A DNA stretch of 44,419 bases from Aquificaceae bacterium (GTDB taxonomy: Bacteria > Aquificota > Aquificia > Aquificales > Aquificaceae), in assembly GCA_041640635.1 (NCBI GenBank), contig JBEPZX010000010.1:1-44419 (forward strand). The letters are read 5' to 3'. The position numbers and the translations under genes were made by a program. The notes beneath the pieces were generated by a model. It searched no databases, was not told the DNA's origin, and saw only the letters and a list, made by a program, of their open reading frames with translations. Shown in pieces: positions 7,858-18,318 of this stretch (the first letter of the stretch is position 1; the number at the start of each line of letters is the position of its first letter).

Positions 7858-10128
7858 TTAACCTCCTTTTTTGACGTTTTCTATTTTATCTATTGTATCA
7901 TAAGATAGAATTTTCTGAATTAAGTATTCTTTTTTCTCTCTTATTGCATTTTTATTCATAATGAACATGGATGATGCCAGTAGTATCTTATCATCCATCA
8001 AGTATCCACTTAAATTTGATTTCAAAACGTTCAGCATTTTATCGGTTTCTTTAACTGCCGATTCTTTTTTCAACTTTCTTTGCTCTGTAAGTATGTTCAA
8101 TGAGTGTTTCCTCCATTCGTATTCAGTGAAAAGGTCAAAGAGCTCTTTTACTTTGCTACCTAAAGGTGGAGGTGTTTTATTGTTTTCTTTTAGTATCCTT
8201 TTAATAAGGTTGGACCTGATGTGTCCTATACCCTTGATACCGCCCAAACTGGCATAATCTATACTGATTCCATACTTTATTGCATGCGCTATTTTGAGAA
8301 TCCCCAAAACACCATCGTCAAAGAATCCCACTTTTTTCATAGCCAGTAGCTTTCTGCATAGGTATATGGCATGCAATCCTAGATGAGAAAACTCACCCGG
8401 TGGGTTTTTTATGTTTGGGTAATTAAAAAGGAAGCCTTCTGTGTAGAAAAGAAGCTGGTCTGTGTTGTCTTCGTACTCAAAATCGTATGAAAACAAAAGC
8501 TCGTATATTTGGGAAACTTCTTCTTGATAGTTTCCCTTGTTTTCTACAAAAGGTCTTATAGCATCTAGCTTTGCCTTTAAAAGAGGTCTAACGGTAGCTA
8601 CTATAGGAAGTCCCGCTTGCTTTCTTCTTAGGTATTCTTCTAATGCTACAGGGGAGATATCTGCCGTTATACAGAAGTAGCCTTTTTTTGTAGGTGTGTA
8701 GTAATTTACGTAACCATTCCTCTCTAGGAAATCTAAGTTTTCGTCAATCTTTCTTTTGCTCATCTTGCCATAGATTAGCGTCTTGTTAAGAAAGTCCATA
8801 TATTGGGGCCCTTTGTAATGTATAGCAAGCAGCATTAGAAGAGAAAAGTACTCGTCAATATCTTCGCCTTCTTCCTTTTTGTAGCTACTCATACTGTTTG
8901 AGAGTTCTCTGTTGAGCTGTGCTTCATCTAATCCGTAAAGTAGTCTTACAGAGTATCCTATGTCTTTGATGCCAAGCCTACCTGCTCTGCCTTCCATCTG
9001 AATAATGTCAAGTCCATCGGGTGTAACCTTAAATTTACTGTCTAATTTTAGTACTCTTATTAAGATTAACACCTTATCCGCCGGTAAGTTCACACCATAG
9101 GCGAGTGTTTGTGTAGCTAAAAGTATGTTTAAGTTACCTTCTCTAAAGGCTTTTTCTATTTGTTTTCTTTCTTCTGCTGGGACATCGGCGTTATGAAAGG
9201 CTATCTCTGCTTCTTCTCTTTCCTCTTTTTCAAAGGGAAGGGTTTCGTTCATTATACCTATACGTTCTGAGTTTGCAAGTTCTAGCAAACACCAACCTAT
9301 TTTTTTTGAAGGTAAAAAAACGATCACCTTTTCATCTACTTGCCTTAGTGTGAATACAGCACTCAGGAGCTTTTTAATTAGTGTTTTTTGCTTTTCGCAT
9401 GATATATCTATATCTTCTTTGGTGAGAGGTGGAAAATTTTTTAGAAGCTTGTTTTCTCTATTTAGTGGAACTGGTCTCCAGTTGCTGTCCAGCAGAAGGT
9501 TTACATTTAACCACTGAGCCATTTCTTCTTTGTTGGGTATGGTAGCCGAGAGCGCCAAAATGTCTATGTTTTTATCCAATGCGTATATAACTAGTTCCTC
9601 TAGTATAGGTCTTTTGAAAATTTGGTGGATTTCATCTATAACTATGCAACTTACGTTATCTACCCAACTGGCTTTGTTTCTAAGAGCTATAACCAGGTAT
9701 TCGTAAGTGCAAACTAATAAATCACCCTTTAGGTCTTTGTAACTTTCAAGAACTTGGTCTCCTGTCCTTATTTCTACTTGATAGTAATTTCTGAGTTCAA
9801 TAGCTTTTTCGTAAACCAAAGCCTTTATGGGAGCCGTATAAACTTTGAGACCCTTGCGGTTTTTCATAAAAAGGTGAGCGATCAGGCTCTTTCCAGAGGA
9901 AGTAGGACTAGATACCAAAGCGCTTCCGTTTTTGTAGGTGTAGAAAAAAGCACTCTGCAAAGGATTTAAAAACTTATAGGGTATCCTACTATCCACATCA
10001 CATGACTTTACCAATGGCAGCTTTCTGTGCTCCAAATATTGGTCCCATAAAATGGATGCTTCACCTCTTGGTGGATTTAAACTATACCACGAGTCTTCTA
10101 AAAGCACTACTTTTGTAAATTTCGCCAT
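7858..10128 (-). CDS. Ski2/Hel308-like SF2 DEAD/DEAH-box helicase
   Basis: PTSSGKS, PIKALVYEK, DEIH, LSATI, TLAYGVNLPA and QMEGRAGR; HhH-like IKGIGHIRS. Confidence 0.85.
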   Translation of the reverse strand: MAKFTKVVLLEDSWYSLNPPRGEASILWDQYLEHRKLPLVKSCDVDSRIPYKFLNPLQSAFFYTYKNGSALVSSPTSSGKSLIAHLFMKNRKGLKVYTAPIKALVYEKAIELRNYYQVEIRTGDQVLESYKDLKGDLLVCTYEYLVIALRNKASWVDNVSCIVIDEIHQIFKRPILEELVIYALDKNIDILALSATIPNKEEMAQWLNVNLLLDSNWRPVPLNRENKLLKNFPPLTKEDIDISCEKQKTLIKKLLSAVFTLRQVDEKVIVFLPSKKIGWCLLELANSERIGIMNETLPFEKEEREEAEIAFHNADVPAEERKQIEKAFREGNLNILLATQTLAYGVNLPADKVLILIRVLKLDSKFKVTPDGLDIIQMEGRAGRLGIKDIGYSVRLLYGLDEAQLNRELSNSMSSYKKEEGEDIDEYFSLLMLLAIHYKGPQYMDFLNKTLIYGKMSKRKIDENLDFLERNGYVNYYTPTKKGYFCITADISPVALEEYLRRKQAGLPIVATVRPLLKAKLDAIRPFVENKGNYQEEVSQIYELLFSYDFEYEDNTDQLLFYTEGFLFNYPNIKNPPGEFSHLGLHAIYLCRKLLAMKKVGFFDDGVLGILKIAHAIKYGISIDYASLGGIKGIGHIRSNLIKRILKENNKTPPPLGSKVKELFDLFTEYEWRKHSLNILTEQRKLKKESAVKETDKMLNVLKSNLSGYLMDDKILLASSMFIMNKNAIREKKEYLIQKILSYDTIDKIENVKKGG

Positions 10129-10436
10129 ACCTGTTCCAGATACTTTAAGTCTTTATCAAAAATAAAAACCATATCTGGTATGTACTTGAGTTTGAGCTTT
10201 TTCAAAAGCATCTTTCTTATAAGTCCTTTAGCTTTTTCTAGAGATTTTTGTACTTCTTTTTCTTCTCCTTCTTGAAAGGTAGTAAAGTAAACTTTGGCAT
10301 TCTTTAAATCAGGTGTAACTTCCACACGAGTAACGATAGCCTTTTTAAGATTGGGATCGTCAAGCTCATAAAGAACGAGTTTGGCTATCTCTTCCATAAA
10401 TAATTTTCTTAGTTTTTCTACTCTTCTTGTTTCCAT
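10107..10436 (-). CDS. rbfA: Ribosome-binding factor A
   Basis: DP...VTRVEVTPDLKNAKVYF...LKYIPDMVFIFD. Confidence 0.92.
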   Translation of the reverse strand: METRRVEKLRKLFMEEIAKLVLYELDDPNLKKAIVTRVEVTPDLKNAKVYFTTFQEGEEKEVQKSLEKAKGLIRKMLLKKLKLKYIPDMVFIFDKDLKYLEQVWRNLQK

Positions 10437-10437
10437 T

Positions 10438-11520
10438 TTACCCTCTACTAATTAATTTAAATGGCGCTTTGAAAGTTTCTGATAGACCTTTTTTGTAAAG
10501 TTCCTTGTAACTTATCTCCCCTCTTAAGAACTGATAGTAAAGGCGTAAACCTCCAATTTTGCCAAACACAAAGGCAAAAAGTTGAAAGTTATATCCTATG
10601 CGAGCTATACGGCTTGCGTATTTAAACTCCTGAGCCAGGTCCTTGGTCAAATCCTTGTAGAGCTTTTTAGGGTTTGACGGACTTTCTGCGATAGCTTGAG
10701 CTGCTTTTTTGGCACTTAATACCGCGTAGTATATACCTTCACCTAATAAAGGGTCGACAAAATTTCCTGCATCCCCCACCAAAAGAGTTCTGTCTTTGCC
10801 TAAATGCAAGTCTTTTTCATCTTCTGCGTAAGGTATGTGCCATCCGTAGATTTTACCGTTTGTGCCACTGTATATTTTTAGAATCTCGAGTAAATTTTCC
10901 TTGAAGGTAGTTGCCACTCCTATACTTGCATAATTACCCTTTGGAAATTTCCATCCATATCCCCTTTTTACCAGTCCTATACTGATTTCCACACCTTTTG
11001 GATCCACCGAAAAGTTTGGAAAAAACTCAACAGATCTGTAGAACTTTTGCTTTCTATATCCTAAGATTTTTGCTACCTTTGAATAAAAACCATCGGCACC
11101 TATAAGGAAGTCGCATGTAAGTACTTTGTTTCCTAACTGTACTTTGTATTTACCGTCTTCAACGGAGAAACTTTCAAACTTGTCTATAACCAACTCAGCT
11201 CCCGTTTCTTGAGCCTTTTGTGCCAAAAAGGTATCGAAGGTAGCCCTATCTACTATATGAGCTATAGGTTCATCGCTACTTAATGAAAAACTTTTGTTTT
11301 TGTATTTGAGCGTTCCAGTATAGATAGTGTTTAGAATGAGTTTTTCCCATCCATAAGGAAGTTCCCGCTCTATCCTCTTTGACAGACAGCCGGCGCAGAG
11401 TTTAAAACGAGGTAAGGTCTGCTTTTCTACCAACAGAACTTTAAGACCTTGCTTAGAAAGGTGATAAGCACATGTAGCCCCCGCTGGTCCAGCACCTATC
11501 ACAATTGCATCATATTTCAT
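10438..11520 (-). CDS. Geranylgeranyl reductase family FAD-dependent oxidoreductase
   Basis: GAGPAG, PRFKLCAG, GADG, GYGWKFPKG and VGDAGNFVDPLLGEGI. Confidence 0.85.
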   Translation of the reverse strand: MKYDAIVIGAGPAGATCAYHLSKQGLKVLLVEKQTLPRFKLCAGCLSKRIERELPYGWEKLILNTIYTGTLKYKNKSFSLSSDEPIAHIVDRATFDTFLAQKAQETGAELVIDKFESFSVEDGKYKVQLGNKVLTCDFLIGADGFYSKVAKILGYRKQKFYRSVEFFPNFSVDPKGVEISIGLVKRGYGWKFPKGNYASIGVATTFKENLLEILKIYSGTNGKIYGWHIPYAEDEKDLHLGKDRTLLVGDAGNFVDPLLGEGIYYAVLSAKKAAQAIAESPSNPKKLYKDLTKDLAQEFKYASRIARIGYNFQLFAFVFGKIGGLRLYYQFLRGEISYKELYKKGLSETFKAPFKLISRG

Positions 11521-12124
11521 TTATAATCCTTAACGTAATGTTTTTTATTTCTTCAAAGACATCTTCGGTATCCTTTTCTGCGTCTATCAGAAACATGTTC
11601 CTTTCTTTTTTTTGCTGATGAAAGAGAACCACAAAAGCGTCTCTAACTTTCTTTAGAAACTCATACTCTTCAAATCGTGTTTTTTCCTTCTGTTTCAGCC
11701 TTTCAACGGCAACTTCCAAGGACACATTAAGTATAAAGGTAATGTCTGGCTTCTTCCCTCTAGTGGCTATATGGTTTAGTATGTTTACTGTTCCCAAGTT
11801 TATTTCTCTTGCGTATCCTTGGTAAGCAAGTGTGGAATCTATGAACCTGTCCACTATGACGATTTTTCCTTCTTTTAGATCTGGAAATATTCTTTCCCAA
11901 ACTAAGCTCGATCTTGCGCTTTCAAACAATAAAAGTTCAGTGGTAGAATCCATACTGTTTTTTATAATCAGCTCCCTTATGCTTTCTGCTAAAGGGGTGG
12001 ATCCGGGGTCTCTGTATAAGCTTACAGAGTAACCTTGATTGTTCAAAAACTCATACAGCTTTTTTGCTTGGGTACTTTTTCCGCTTCCATCTATTCCTTC
12101 AAATGTAATTAAAAATCCTTTCAT
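11510..12124 (-). CDS. tmk: Thymidylate kinase
   Basis: FEGIDGSGKSTQ and DRFIDSTLAYQG. Confidence 0.95.
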   Translation of the reverse strand: MKGFLITFEGIDGSGKSTQAKKLYEFLNNQGYSVSLYRDPGSTPLAESIRELIIKNSMDSTTELLLFESARSSLVWERIFPDLKEGKIVIVDRFIDSTLAYQGYAREINLGTVNILNHIATRGKKPDITFILNVSLEVAVERLKQKEKTRFEEYEFLKKVRDAFVVLFHQQKKERNMFLIDAEKDTEDVFEEIKNITLRIINEI

Positions 12125-12126
12125 TT

Positions 12127-13143
12127 TCAGTAAAGCACTCTTTTTATTCTCTTGGAAAGATTACACATTATCTCGTATGGAATAGTTCCTGCAAGTTTAG
12201 CAAGTTGCGTAAAGCTTTGGTGCTCACCAACAATTTCTATATAATCACCAACTTTTGCATCGCTTCCATCAAGGTCCACCATTGTCATATCCATAGTAAC
12301 ATTCCCAAGTATTTTAACAGGTTTACCTTTGTAGTAGAGGTACCCTATATTGGACAAGGATTTCATCAAACCATCAGCATACCCAAAAGCGACAACTCCT
12401 ATCTTCTTTTCTTTATCAGTCACATAAGTCCTAGAGTAGGAGATGGGAAAGTTGGATGGAACCTTTTTGACAGATAAAAGTTTTGCTTTTAGTGTATAGA
12501 CTCTACTTAGGTTAATAGGATAATTTGTTAAAGGATACTCTCCATGAAGTGCTAGCCCTATTCTTATGTGAGTAGCAAAAGGAACTTTATAAACTATTCC
12601 CGCTGAACTTTCTATATGGATGGACGGCATTTTTCTGTACAGTTTCAGTATCCTTTCGAACTTAGAAATTTGGTATTTTGAAAACTCCTCATCCGAAGGT
12701 GTGGACAGATGTGTCATAATTCCTTCTATTCTCGGATCGTTTATCGCTTCTTCCAAAAAACCTAACCTTCCCATGCCCGTATCCCATTTAACGTGAAACC
12801 TAACATCTAAACCTTCCAACGCTTTCAAGTGTTCACTATGAGATACAACAGGTGTTAGGTTGAATTTCTGGATATACTTTGCTTCCTGTTTCAGAATTCC
12901 ACCAAGAATTAAGATTTTTTTTCTGAAACCTGATTTTCTTAACTCTATTCCTTCTTCTACACAAGCTACTGCATAAGCATCTACATAATCTATGTTTTCC
13001 AAGACTTTAGCCAAATAAGTTGCACCTATGCCGTAACCGTCCGCCTTAATTACCGCTATTACTTTCTTTTTTGTAAATTCATAAAGGGCTTTTACATTTT
13101 CCTGTAAGGCTTTTTTGTTTATTTTCAAAATGCTTCTGGACAT
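12127..13143 (-). CDS. alr: Alanine racemase
   Basis: AVIKADGYG, DTGMGRLG, GYADG and TIPYEI. Start placed at ATG 13143, 8 nt after a TAAAAT box. Confidence 0.93.
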   Translation of the reverse strand: MSRSILKINKKALQENVKALYEFTKKKVIAVIKADGYGIGATYLAKVLENIDYVDAYAVACVEEGIELRKSGFRKKILILGGILKQEAKYIQKFNLTPVVSHSEHLKALEGLDVRFHVKWDTGMGRLGFLEEAINDPRIEGIMTHLSTPSDEEFSKYQISKFERILKLYRKMPSIHIESSAGIVYKVPFATHIRIGLALHGEYPLTNYPINLSRVYTLKAKLLSVKKVPSNFPISYSRTYVTDKEKKIGVVAFGYADGLMKSLSNIGYLYYKGKPVKILGNVTMDMTMVDLDGSDAKVGDYIEIVGEHQSFTQLAKLAGTIPYEIMCNLSKRIKRVLY

Positions 13144-13165
13144 ACACAAGAATTTTAAAGGACTA

Positions 13166-13194
13166 TTGACATGGTATAGAGGCTAGATTATTAT
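13166..13194 (+). promoter_or_regulatory. sigma70-type promoter for the outer-membrane protein gene
   Basis: TTGACA (13166-13171), N17, TATTAT (13189-13194). Confidence 0.55.
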
Positions 13195-13235
13195 AAAATT
13201 GATATTTAATTTCAATTTTATAAATGAGGTTAAAA

Positions 13236-13958
13236 ATGAAAAAGCTTCTTATCACATTATTCGCATCAGGTTCAGCTTTTGCTTTCTATCCTTTCACCGG
13301 TGAAGACACTCAAACGCTGGGCGGCTTTGGCAAACTTCAATGGGAACTGCAAGGCTCATACTTTAAAAACTATGGAAACTTGAAGCATACAGATATAGTT
13401 AACCAACTAACGCTAGGTGTAAAGGAAAATATAGACGTGGCAATTATAATACCTTACATAATTCAATCCAATGGAGAGAAAGTAAGTGGTTTTTCAGACA
13501 GTAGTGTATTTATAAAGCATATCTTGTTTAAAAATCAAAACCTTGGTTTAGGCTATAAACTGCAAGTTAACTTCGACACAGGAAAAAAGGAATTAGGTTA
13601 CGGAAAAACTACTTACAACTTAAATTTAATGTTTGAGTATAACATAGAAAACACTACACTAAATATAAATGGTGTTTACAATAAGTTTTCACACGTAGGT
13701 GAGGACTTAAGGGATACAAAAGGTATAGTTTTGGGTTTATACCAAAGCTTAAGGGAAAACATTAAAGTAGGTGGAGAGTTTAGGTATCTAGAGCATGAAT
13801 CTAAAAGCGTTGACAAAAAGGATACACATATACTTCTAGGTGCTGTTTATTCCCCACTTAACAATATAGACCTGAGCTTTGGAGTCCACAAAAGCTTAAA
13901 TAAACACCAAGATTTTGCCAATTATGGTATTTTGGTAGGTATTGCGTATAGATTTTGA
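13236..13958 (+). CDS. Outer-membrane beta-barrel protein, putative transporter
   Basis: Signal peptide MKKLL...AFA, alternating beta-strands and C-terminal YRF; GAGG SD before ATG 13236. Confidence 0.75.
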   Translation: MKKLLITLFASGSAFAFYPFTGEDTQTLGGFGKLQWELQGSYFKNYGNLKHTDIVNQLTLGVKENIDVAIIIPYIIQSNGEKVSGFSDSSVFIKHILFKNQNLGLGYKLQVNFDTGKKELGYGKTTYNLNLMFEYNIENTTLNINGVYNKFSHVGEDLRDTKGIVLGLYQSLRENIKVGGEFRYLEHESKSVDKKDTHILLGAVYSPLNNIDLSFGVHKSLNKHQDFANYGILVGIAYRF

Positions 13959-13966
13959 ATAAATAT

Positions 13967-14434
13967 CTACGTATGCTTTTTCCCCTTTTCTCTATGATAC
14001 AAAATCAAAACGAATATAACTACGGCGATAGACGCACCAAAAAGCAATGTATCTACTGGTTTTTCCCATTTCACAACGTTCTTTGTGAATGTTATTGCAA
14101 GAATTAGTATTATTACGCTTACCAGTTTGGCTTTTAGATCGTCTATGTTTTTTATCTCTAGCCATTCAGGAGTATTGAGTTTACCTATGAAAAGGTCATA
14201 GAGGCCTACGGCAAATATATATAGAACTACAGAAAGAAGGTGTATGTCCATAACGGATATTAACTTGGTAGATAAGATAGTTGCATCTCTTAGTTCTGGC
14301 TGAGTAAAAACTTTATAAAGAGTTTCAAGAAGTATGTACACACCATAAATACCCAAAAAACTAGCTCCTACAAACAAACTTATAGAAGGTAGTAAGGCTA
14401 CCATATGTCCTAATTCAAGAAGTTTTTTCAACAT
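13967..14434 (-). CDS. YqhA (UPF0114) family membrane protein
   Basis: GLYDLFI, WLEIKNIDDLKAKL and four hydrophobic segments. Confidence 0.8.
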   Translation of the reverse strand: MLKKLLELGHMVALLPSISLFVGASFLGIYGVYILLETLYKVFTQPELRDATILSTKLISVMDIHLLSVVLYIFAVGLYDLFIGKLNTPEWLEIKNIDDLKAKLVSVIILILAITFTKNVVKWEKPVDTLLFGASIAVVIFVLILYHREKGKKHT

Positions 14435-14854
14435 CTACTCAACCTCCCTGTCTATAAGTATGAATACGTTTTTATCTCCTACTTTTGCGTTCGCAAAACC
14501 TATAAGATCACCTTTTGATGTTTCTGCCTGTGGTGATTTACTTATTCTTGCGGTTAAAATAACATCACCTTCCATCACTATTTCGTGTGTGAGCTTATGC
14601 TTTCCAGTTATCTTAAAGCTGTAGGGTATTTTTGGATTTTCCACCCTCAATACCGCTATAGGCATTGGGCTTTCTAAGGTTCTAACTGATATAATGATGA
14701 AAAATCCGTCCTTAGGAATTTTCTTTTTTAACCCTTCAGACACTTCAACACGACCTTGTATTACCTGTTTTTTGTATTTGTCTATGTCTATATCCTTCGG
14801 TAAAGGTTGGCAAGCCGTAAATAGTGCAAATAAGAACACCAAAATAGCTTTCAT
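14435..14854 (-). CDS. Lipoprotein resembling the CcmI/CycH C-terminal domain
   Basis: Lipobox FTAC; MPIAV...PYSF...TARISKS...GDLIG pattern. Confidence 0.65.
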   Translation of the reverse strand: MKAILVFLFALFTACQPLPKDIDIDKYKKQVIQGRVEVSEGLKKKIPKDGFFIIISVRTLESPMPIAVLRVENPKIPYSFKITGKHKLTHEIVMEGDVILTARISKSPQAETSKGDLIGFANAKVGDKNVFILIDREVE

Positions 14855-14906
14855 TGAAACTATTATTATAGATGTTCAGACTAATTTAGGTTATAATTTC
14901 ACATAC

Positions 14907-15773
14907 ATGAAAAAACACATAGATTTCATGAAATTAAGACCGTACGCCTATGCTGTGTCTTTTTTACTTTTGCTTCTATCTTCTGTATCTTTGTACCTAA
15001 AAGGTCTAAACCTTGGACTTGATTTTACAGGCGGAACGGTAATTGAAGTAAAGTATAAAAATAATGTCTCGATATCACAAGTTAGGAAAACCTTAGAAGA
15101 TGCTAATCTTAAAGTTGGTATTCAAGAATCTGAACAAGGAGCTTTTATTATAAAGCTTAAATTAGGCGAGAACTACAACCAAGCGCTGGCTTTGCTTAAC
15201 AAATTAGGTAACTACGAACTCATCAGAAGCGAAACAATAGGGGGTTTAGTTAGCAACGAGCTCAGACAGAAAGCCATATGGGCAATTGTCACAGCTCTTA
15301 TTGGAATAATGATATACCTCGGTTATAGGTTTGAACCTCTTTGGGCTTTAACCTCCATAATAGCTCTTATTCACGATGTAGTGATAGTAGTAGGAGCATA
15401 CTCTTTAACTCAAAGAGAAGTAAATTTAGATGTAGTGGCATCTCTTTTGATTGTAGCAGGGTATTCAGTTACCGATACAGTAGTGGTTTTCGACAGGATA
15501 AGGGAGAATCTAAGAATAAGAAAAGGGAGTAGTTTATATCAAACAATAAACCTCTCTATTAACGAAACCTTATCTAGAACTGTAATGACATCTCTCACAA
15601 CCTTTGTTGTTGCCATAAGCCTTTTCTTTTTAGGTGGTTCTGCTTTGTCAAACATTATGTTTGCATTTGTCATAGGTGTAATAGTAGGGACCTTTTCTTC
15701 TGTTTTTGTAGCTAGTGCCTTAGTACTGGATTTGAGGTCAAGGGTTTTAAAAGAAGTGCACCATAAGGTATAA
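14907..15773 (+). CDS. secF: Protein translocase subunit SecF
   Basis: [31 protein letters not shown] and TLSRT. True start is ATG 14907 (MKKHIDF), not 14694. Confidence 0.95.
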   Translation: MKKHIDFMKLRPYAYAVSFLLLLLSSVSLYLKGLNLGLDFTGGTVIEVKYKNNVSISQVRKTLEDANLKVGIQESEQGAFIIKLKLGENYNQALALLNKLGNYELIRSETIGGLVSNELRQKAIWAIVTALIGIMIYLGYRFEPLWALTSIIALIHDVVIVVGAYSLTQREVNLDVVASLLIVAGYSVTDTVVVFDRIRENLRIRKGSSLYQTINLSINETLSRTVMTSLTTFVVAISLFFLGGSALSNIMFAFVIGVIVGTFSSVFVASALVLDLRSRVLKEVHHKV

Positions 15774-15782
15774 TTTTTCTTA

Positions 15783-16358
15783 ATGAGAGAAAGAATAATA
15801 CTTATAGCCAATATTGTAGGATTTGTTCTATTGATAACGGCTGGATGGATCGGTTGGGATTACTTTTCAGAAAGAAGAAGGTCGGAGTACTCTCTTAAAG
15901 AGTTTGAGCTTAGAAAAGCTGTGGAAGCAGGCAATATAAATACAGCAAAAAAAATAATTGAAGATTTAGAAAAGAGTGAGCAATTTAAACCTTTAGCTCT
16001 TTCCTATCGATTGCAAATGGAAAAAAATGTAGATTCTAGGAGTGTGCTCAAGGATATCGTGGATTCTATAAAAGATTCTCAACTAAAAGCTCTCTATACA
16101 GAGAGATATGCTTACGAACTCTATAAATTCAACCAAGAGGAACAAGCTCTTAAGGAGTTGGAGAAAATAAGCAACGAAAATTTTAATTACAGCTCTGCCA
16201 TGCTATTAAAAGCGCAAATACTAAAAAGCTTAAATAGAAATCAAGAAGCGGATAAAATTCTACAAGCCCTTATGAAGGATGGAAAGGAAACCTATTTTGA
16301 TAACCTGGCTTATGCCCTTCTTCTAAAGGGAGGTAATGATGCACAACTTGCTGATTGA
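15783..16358 (+). CDS. Membrane-anchored TPR-like protein (YfgM-like)
   Basis: One N-terminal TM segment ending GWDYF, followed by helical repeats; adjacent to secF. Confidence 0.55.
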   Translation: MRERIILIANIVGFVLLITAGWIGWDYFSERRRSEYSLKEFELRKAVEAGNINTAKKIIEDLEKSEQFKPLALSYRLQMEKNVDSRSVLKDIVDSIKDSQLKALYTERYAYELYKFNQEEQALKELEKISNENFNYSSAMLLKAQILKSLNRNQEADKILQALMKDGKETYFDNLAYALLLKGGNDAQLAD

Positions 16359-18303
16359 GATAGGAACAGAAGAACTCCCAGCAGGCATTATTGAGCAAAT
16401 AGTTAGTTATTTGGAGGATAAGATAAAGGAAATACTAAAACCAGAAACTAGTCATGTGTTTTTTACTCCCAGAAGAATTACCCTTTTGCTAAAGAATTTC
16501 GAGGATATAGAAAAAGAAGACGAAGAAATTATAATTGGCCCACCCAAGAAAGCTTGTTATGATGATAAAAATGAACCAACAAAGGCACTTCTAAAGTTTC
16601 TTGAAACTAACAAAGCCAATTTTGAAGATATTATAGAGGTAGAAAGGAGAGGTGGTATATACATAGCAATAAAAAAGGTGAACAAAAATAAAAAGCCTAC
16701 TCAATTATTGATGGAAATCTTTGAAGATATTCTTCTTTCCGCTCCTGTTCCCAAGAGTATGAGGTGGACGTCAAGCCCAAAAATAAAGTTCCCAAGACCT
16801 ATAAGGTGGATATGTGCCTTATATAATGACCAAGTCTTGCCTATCAAGTTTGGATATTTGAGCTCTGGTAGAAGGACATACGGTCACAGATTCCTTTCAA
16901 AAAGTGAAATAGAGATAACAAATCCTTTGGAGTATGAAGAAAAACTAAAGTCAAATTATGTTATTCCTAATTACGAAGAAAGACTAAATACTATTAAAGA
17001 ACTAGTAGAAGAGAAAGCAAGGTCTTTGGGTGGTTCTGTAGAGTATGTGGAAGGTCTATACGAAGAAGTAGCTAATCTTGTAGAGTACCCTTTTGTGGTT
17101 ATTGGGAAGATAGAAGATAGGTTTTTGGCACTGCCAGAGAGAGTAATTGTAACGGTGCTTGCCCACCATCAGCGATTTTTCTGCGTTAGAGGAAAAGACT
17201 CCTTACTACCTTACTTTATAGCTGTAAGTAACAACTTACCAAGGGACGAGAGAATAGTTAAAGGATACGAAAAGGTGATAAAGGCAAGATTGGAGGATGC
17301 ATTATTTTTCTATAAAGAAGACCTAAAAACCAGGCTTGATGATTTAGTCCCCAAGTTGTCACAGGTACTTTTCCACCCCAAAGCTGGTAGCATGTTAGAA
17401 AAGACTAACAGAGTAATGGAACTCTCTGAGAAAATATCAAAACACATAGGTCTTACGCAAGACTACATACATAAGGTAAAAAGAGCAGCCTATCTTTCTA
17501 AAGCTGACATACTTACCAACATGGTGAGAGAACTAGATGAACTACAAGGTTACATGGGATATGTGTATGCAAGAGCTCAAGGAGAAGATGGAGACGTAGC
17601 TAGAGCTATATGGGAGCAGTACCTATCAGATCCCTTAACTCTTATAGGTAAAGTTTTATATCTAGCCGACAAAATAGATAACATTTATACGCTTATTAGC
17701 GTGGGAGAAATGCCTACAGGAAAATCTGACCCTTATGGCTTAAGAAGATCTGCACAAGGTATTTTTACAATTTTAGAAAAAGAAATGTGGGATCTAGATA
17801 TAGGTAAGTTATTCCCAACAGTACCAGAAAGTTTAATAGAGTTTTTAAGAAATAGATTAAGGGCTTACATGGATAATTTCCCATACGATATTGTAGAGGC
17901 TGTTTTGGAGGTGTGTTCACCATTAAGGGCTGGATACTGTATAAATACAGTCAAAAATATTGCCAAATTAAAAAATGAAGAGAAATTTAAAAGTATAGTT
18001 CAAGCGTACAAAAGGATTTTTAAAATATTACCTAAAAATTTTAAAAATGGACAAGTGAGAGAGGATCTCTTGATGGAGAGGGAGGAGCTAAGTCTTTGGG
18101 AAAAGCTCAAGTCACTAGAAGGATGTTGTAACAACTTAACTGACCTTTACGTATTGGAAGAACCTATAAACAAGTTTTTCGACAATGTATTAGTCATGGA
18201 CAAGGATGAAAAAATAAGGAACAATAGATTATCCCTACTCTTAAGAATAAAAGAGCTATTTAATAACTATGCAGATTTTAGCAAAATTGTTTATGAAGAA
18301 TAA
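16336..18303 (+). CDS. glyS: Glycine-tRNA ligase beta subunit
   Basis: LLIEIGTEELP, TPRR, MRW, HQRFF, ELQGYMG and DPYGLRR. Confidence 0.95.
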   Translation: MMHNLLIEIGTEELPAGIIEQIVSYLEDKIKEILKPETSHVFFTPRRITLLLKNFEDIEKEDEEIIIGPPKKACYDDKNEPTKALLKFLETNKANFEDIIEVERRGGIYIAIKKVNKNKKPTQLLMEIFEDILLSAPVPKSMRWTSSPKIKFPRPIRWICALYNDQVLPIKFGYLSSGRRTYGHRFLSKSEIEITNPLEYEEKLKSNYVIPNYEERLNTIKELVEEKARSLGGSVEYVEGLYEEVANLVEYPFVVIGKIEDRFLALPERVIVTVLAHHQRFFCVRGKDSLLPYFIAVSNNLPRDERIVKGYEKVIKARLEDALFFYKEDLKTRLDDLVPKLSQVLFHPKAGSMLEKTNRVMELSEKISKHIGLTQDYIHKVKRAAYLSKADILTNMVRELDELQGYMGYVYARAQGEDGDVARAIWEQYLSDPLTLIGKVLYLADKIDNIYTLISVGEMPTGKSDPYGLRRSAQGIFTILEKEMWDLDIGKLFPTVPESLIEFLRNRLRAYMDNFPYDIVEAVLEVCSPLRAGYCINTVKNIAKLKNEEKFKSIVQAYKRIFKILPKNFKNGQVREDLLMEREELSLWEKLKSLEGCCNNLTDLYVLEEPINKFFDNVLVMDKDEKIRNNRLSLLLRIKELFNNYADFSKIVYEE

Positions 18304-18318
18304 AAGAGGAGGTTAGAA

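Noticed and set aside
14694..14906. N-terminal extension of the SecF ORF
   Set aside because: It overlaps the divergent lipoprotein gene; SecF similarity and a -10 box point to ATG 14907.
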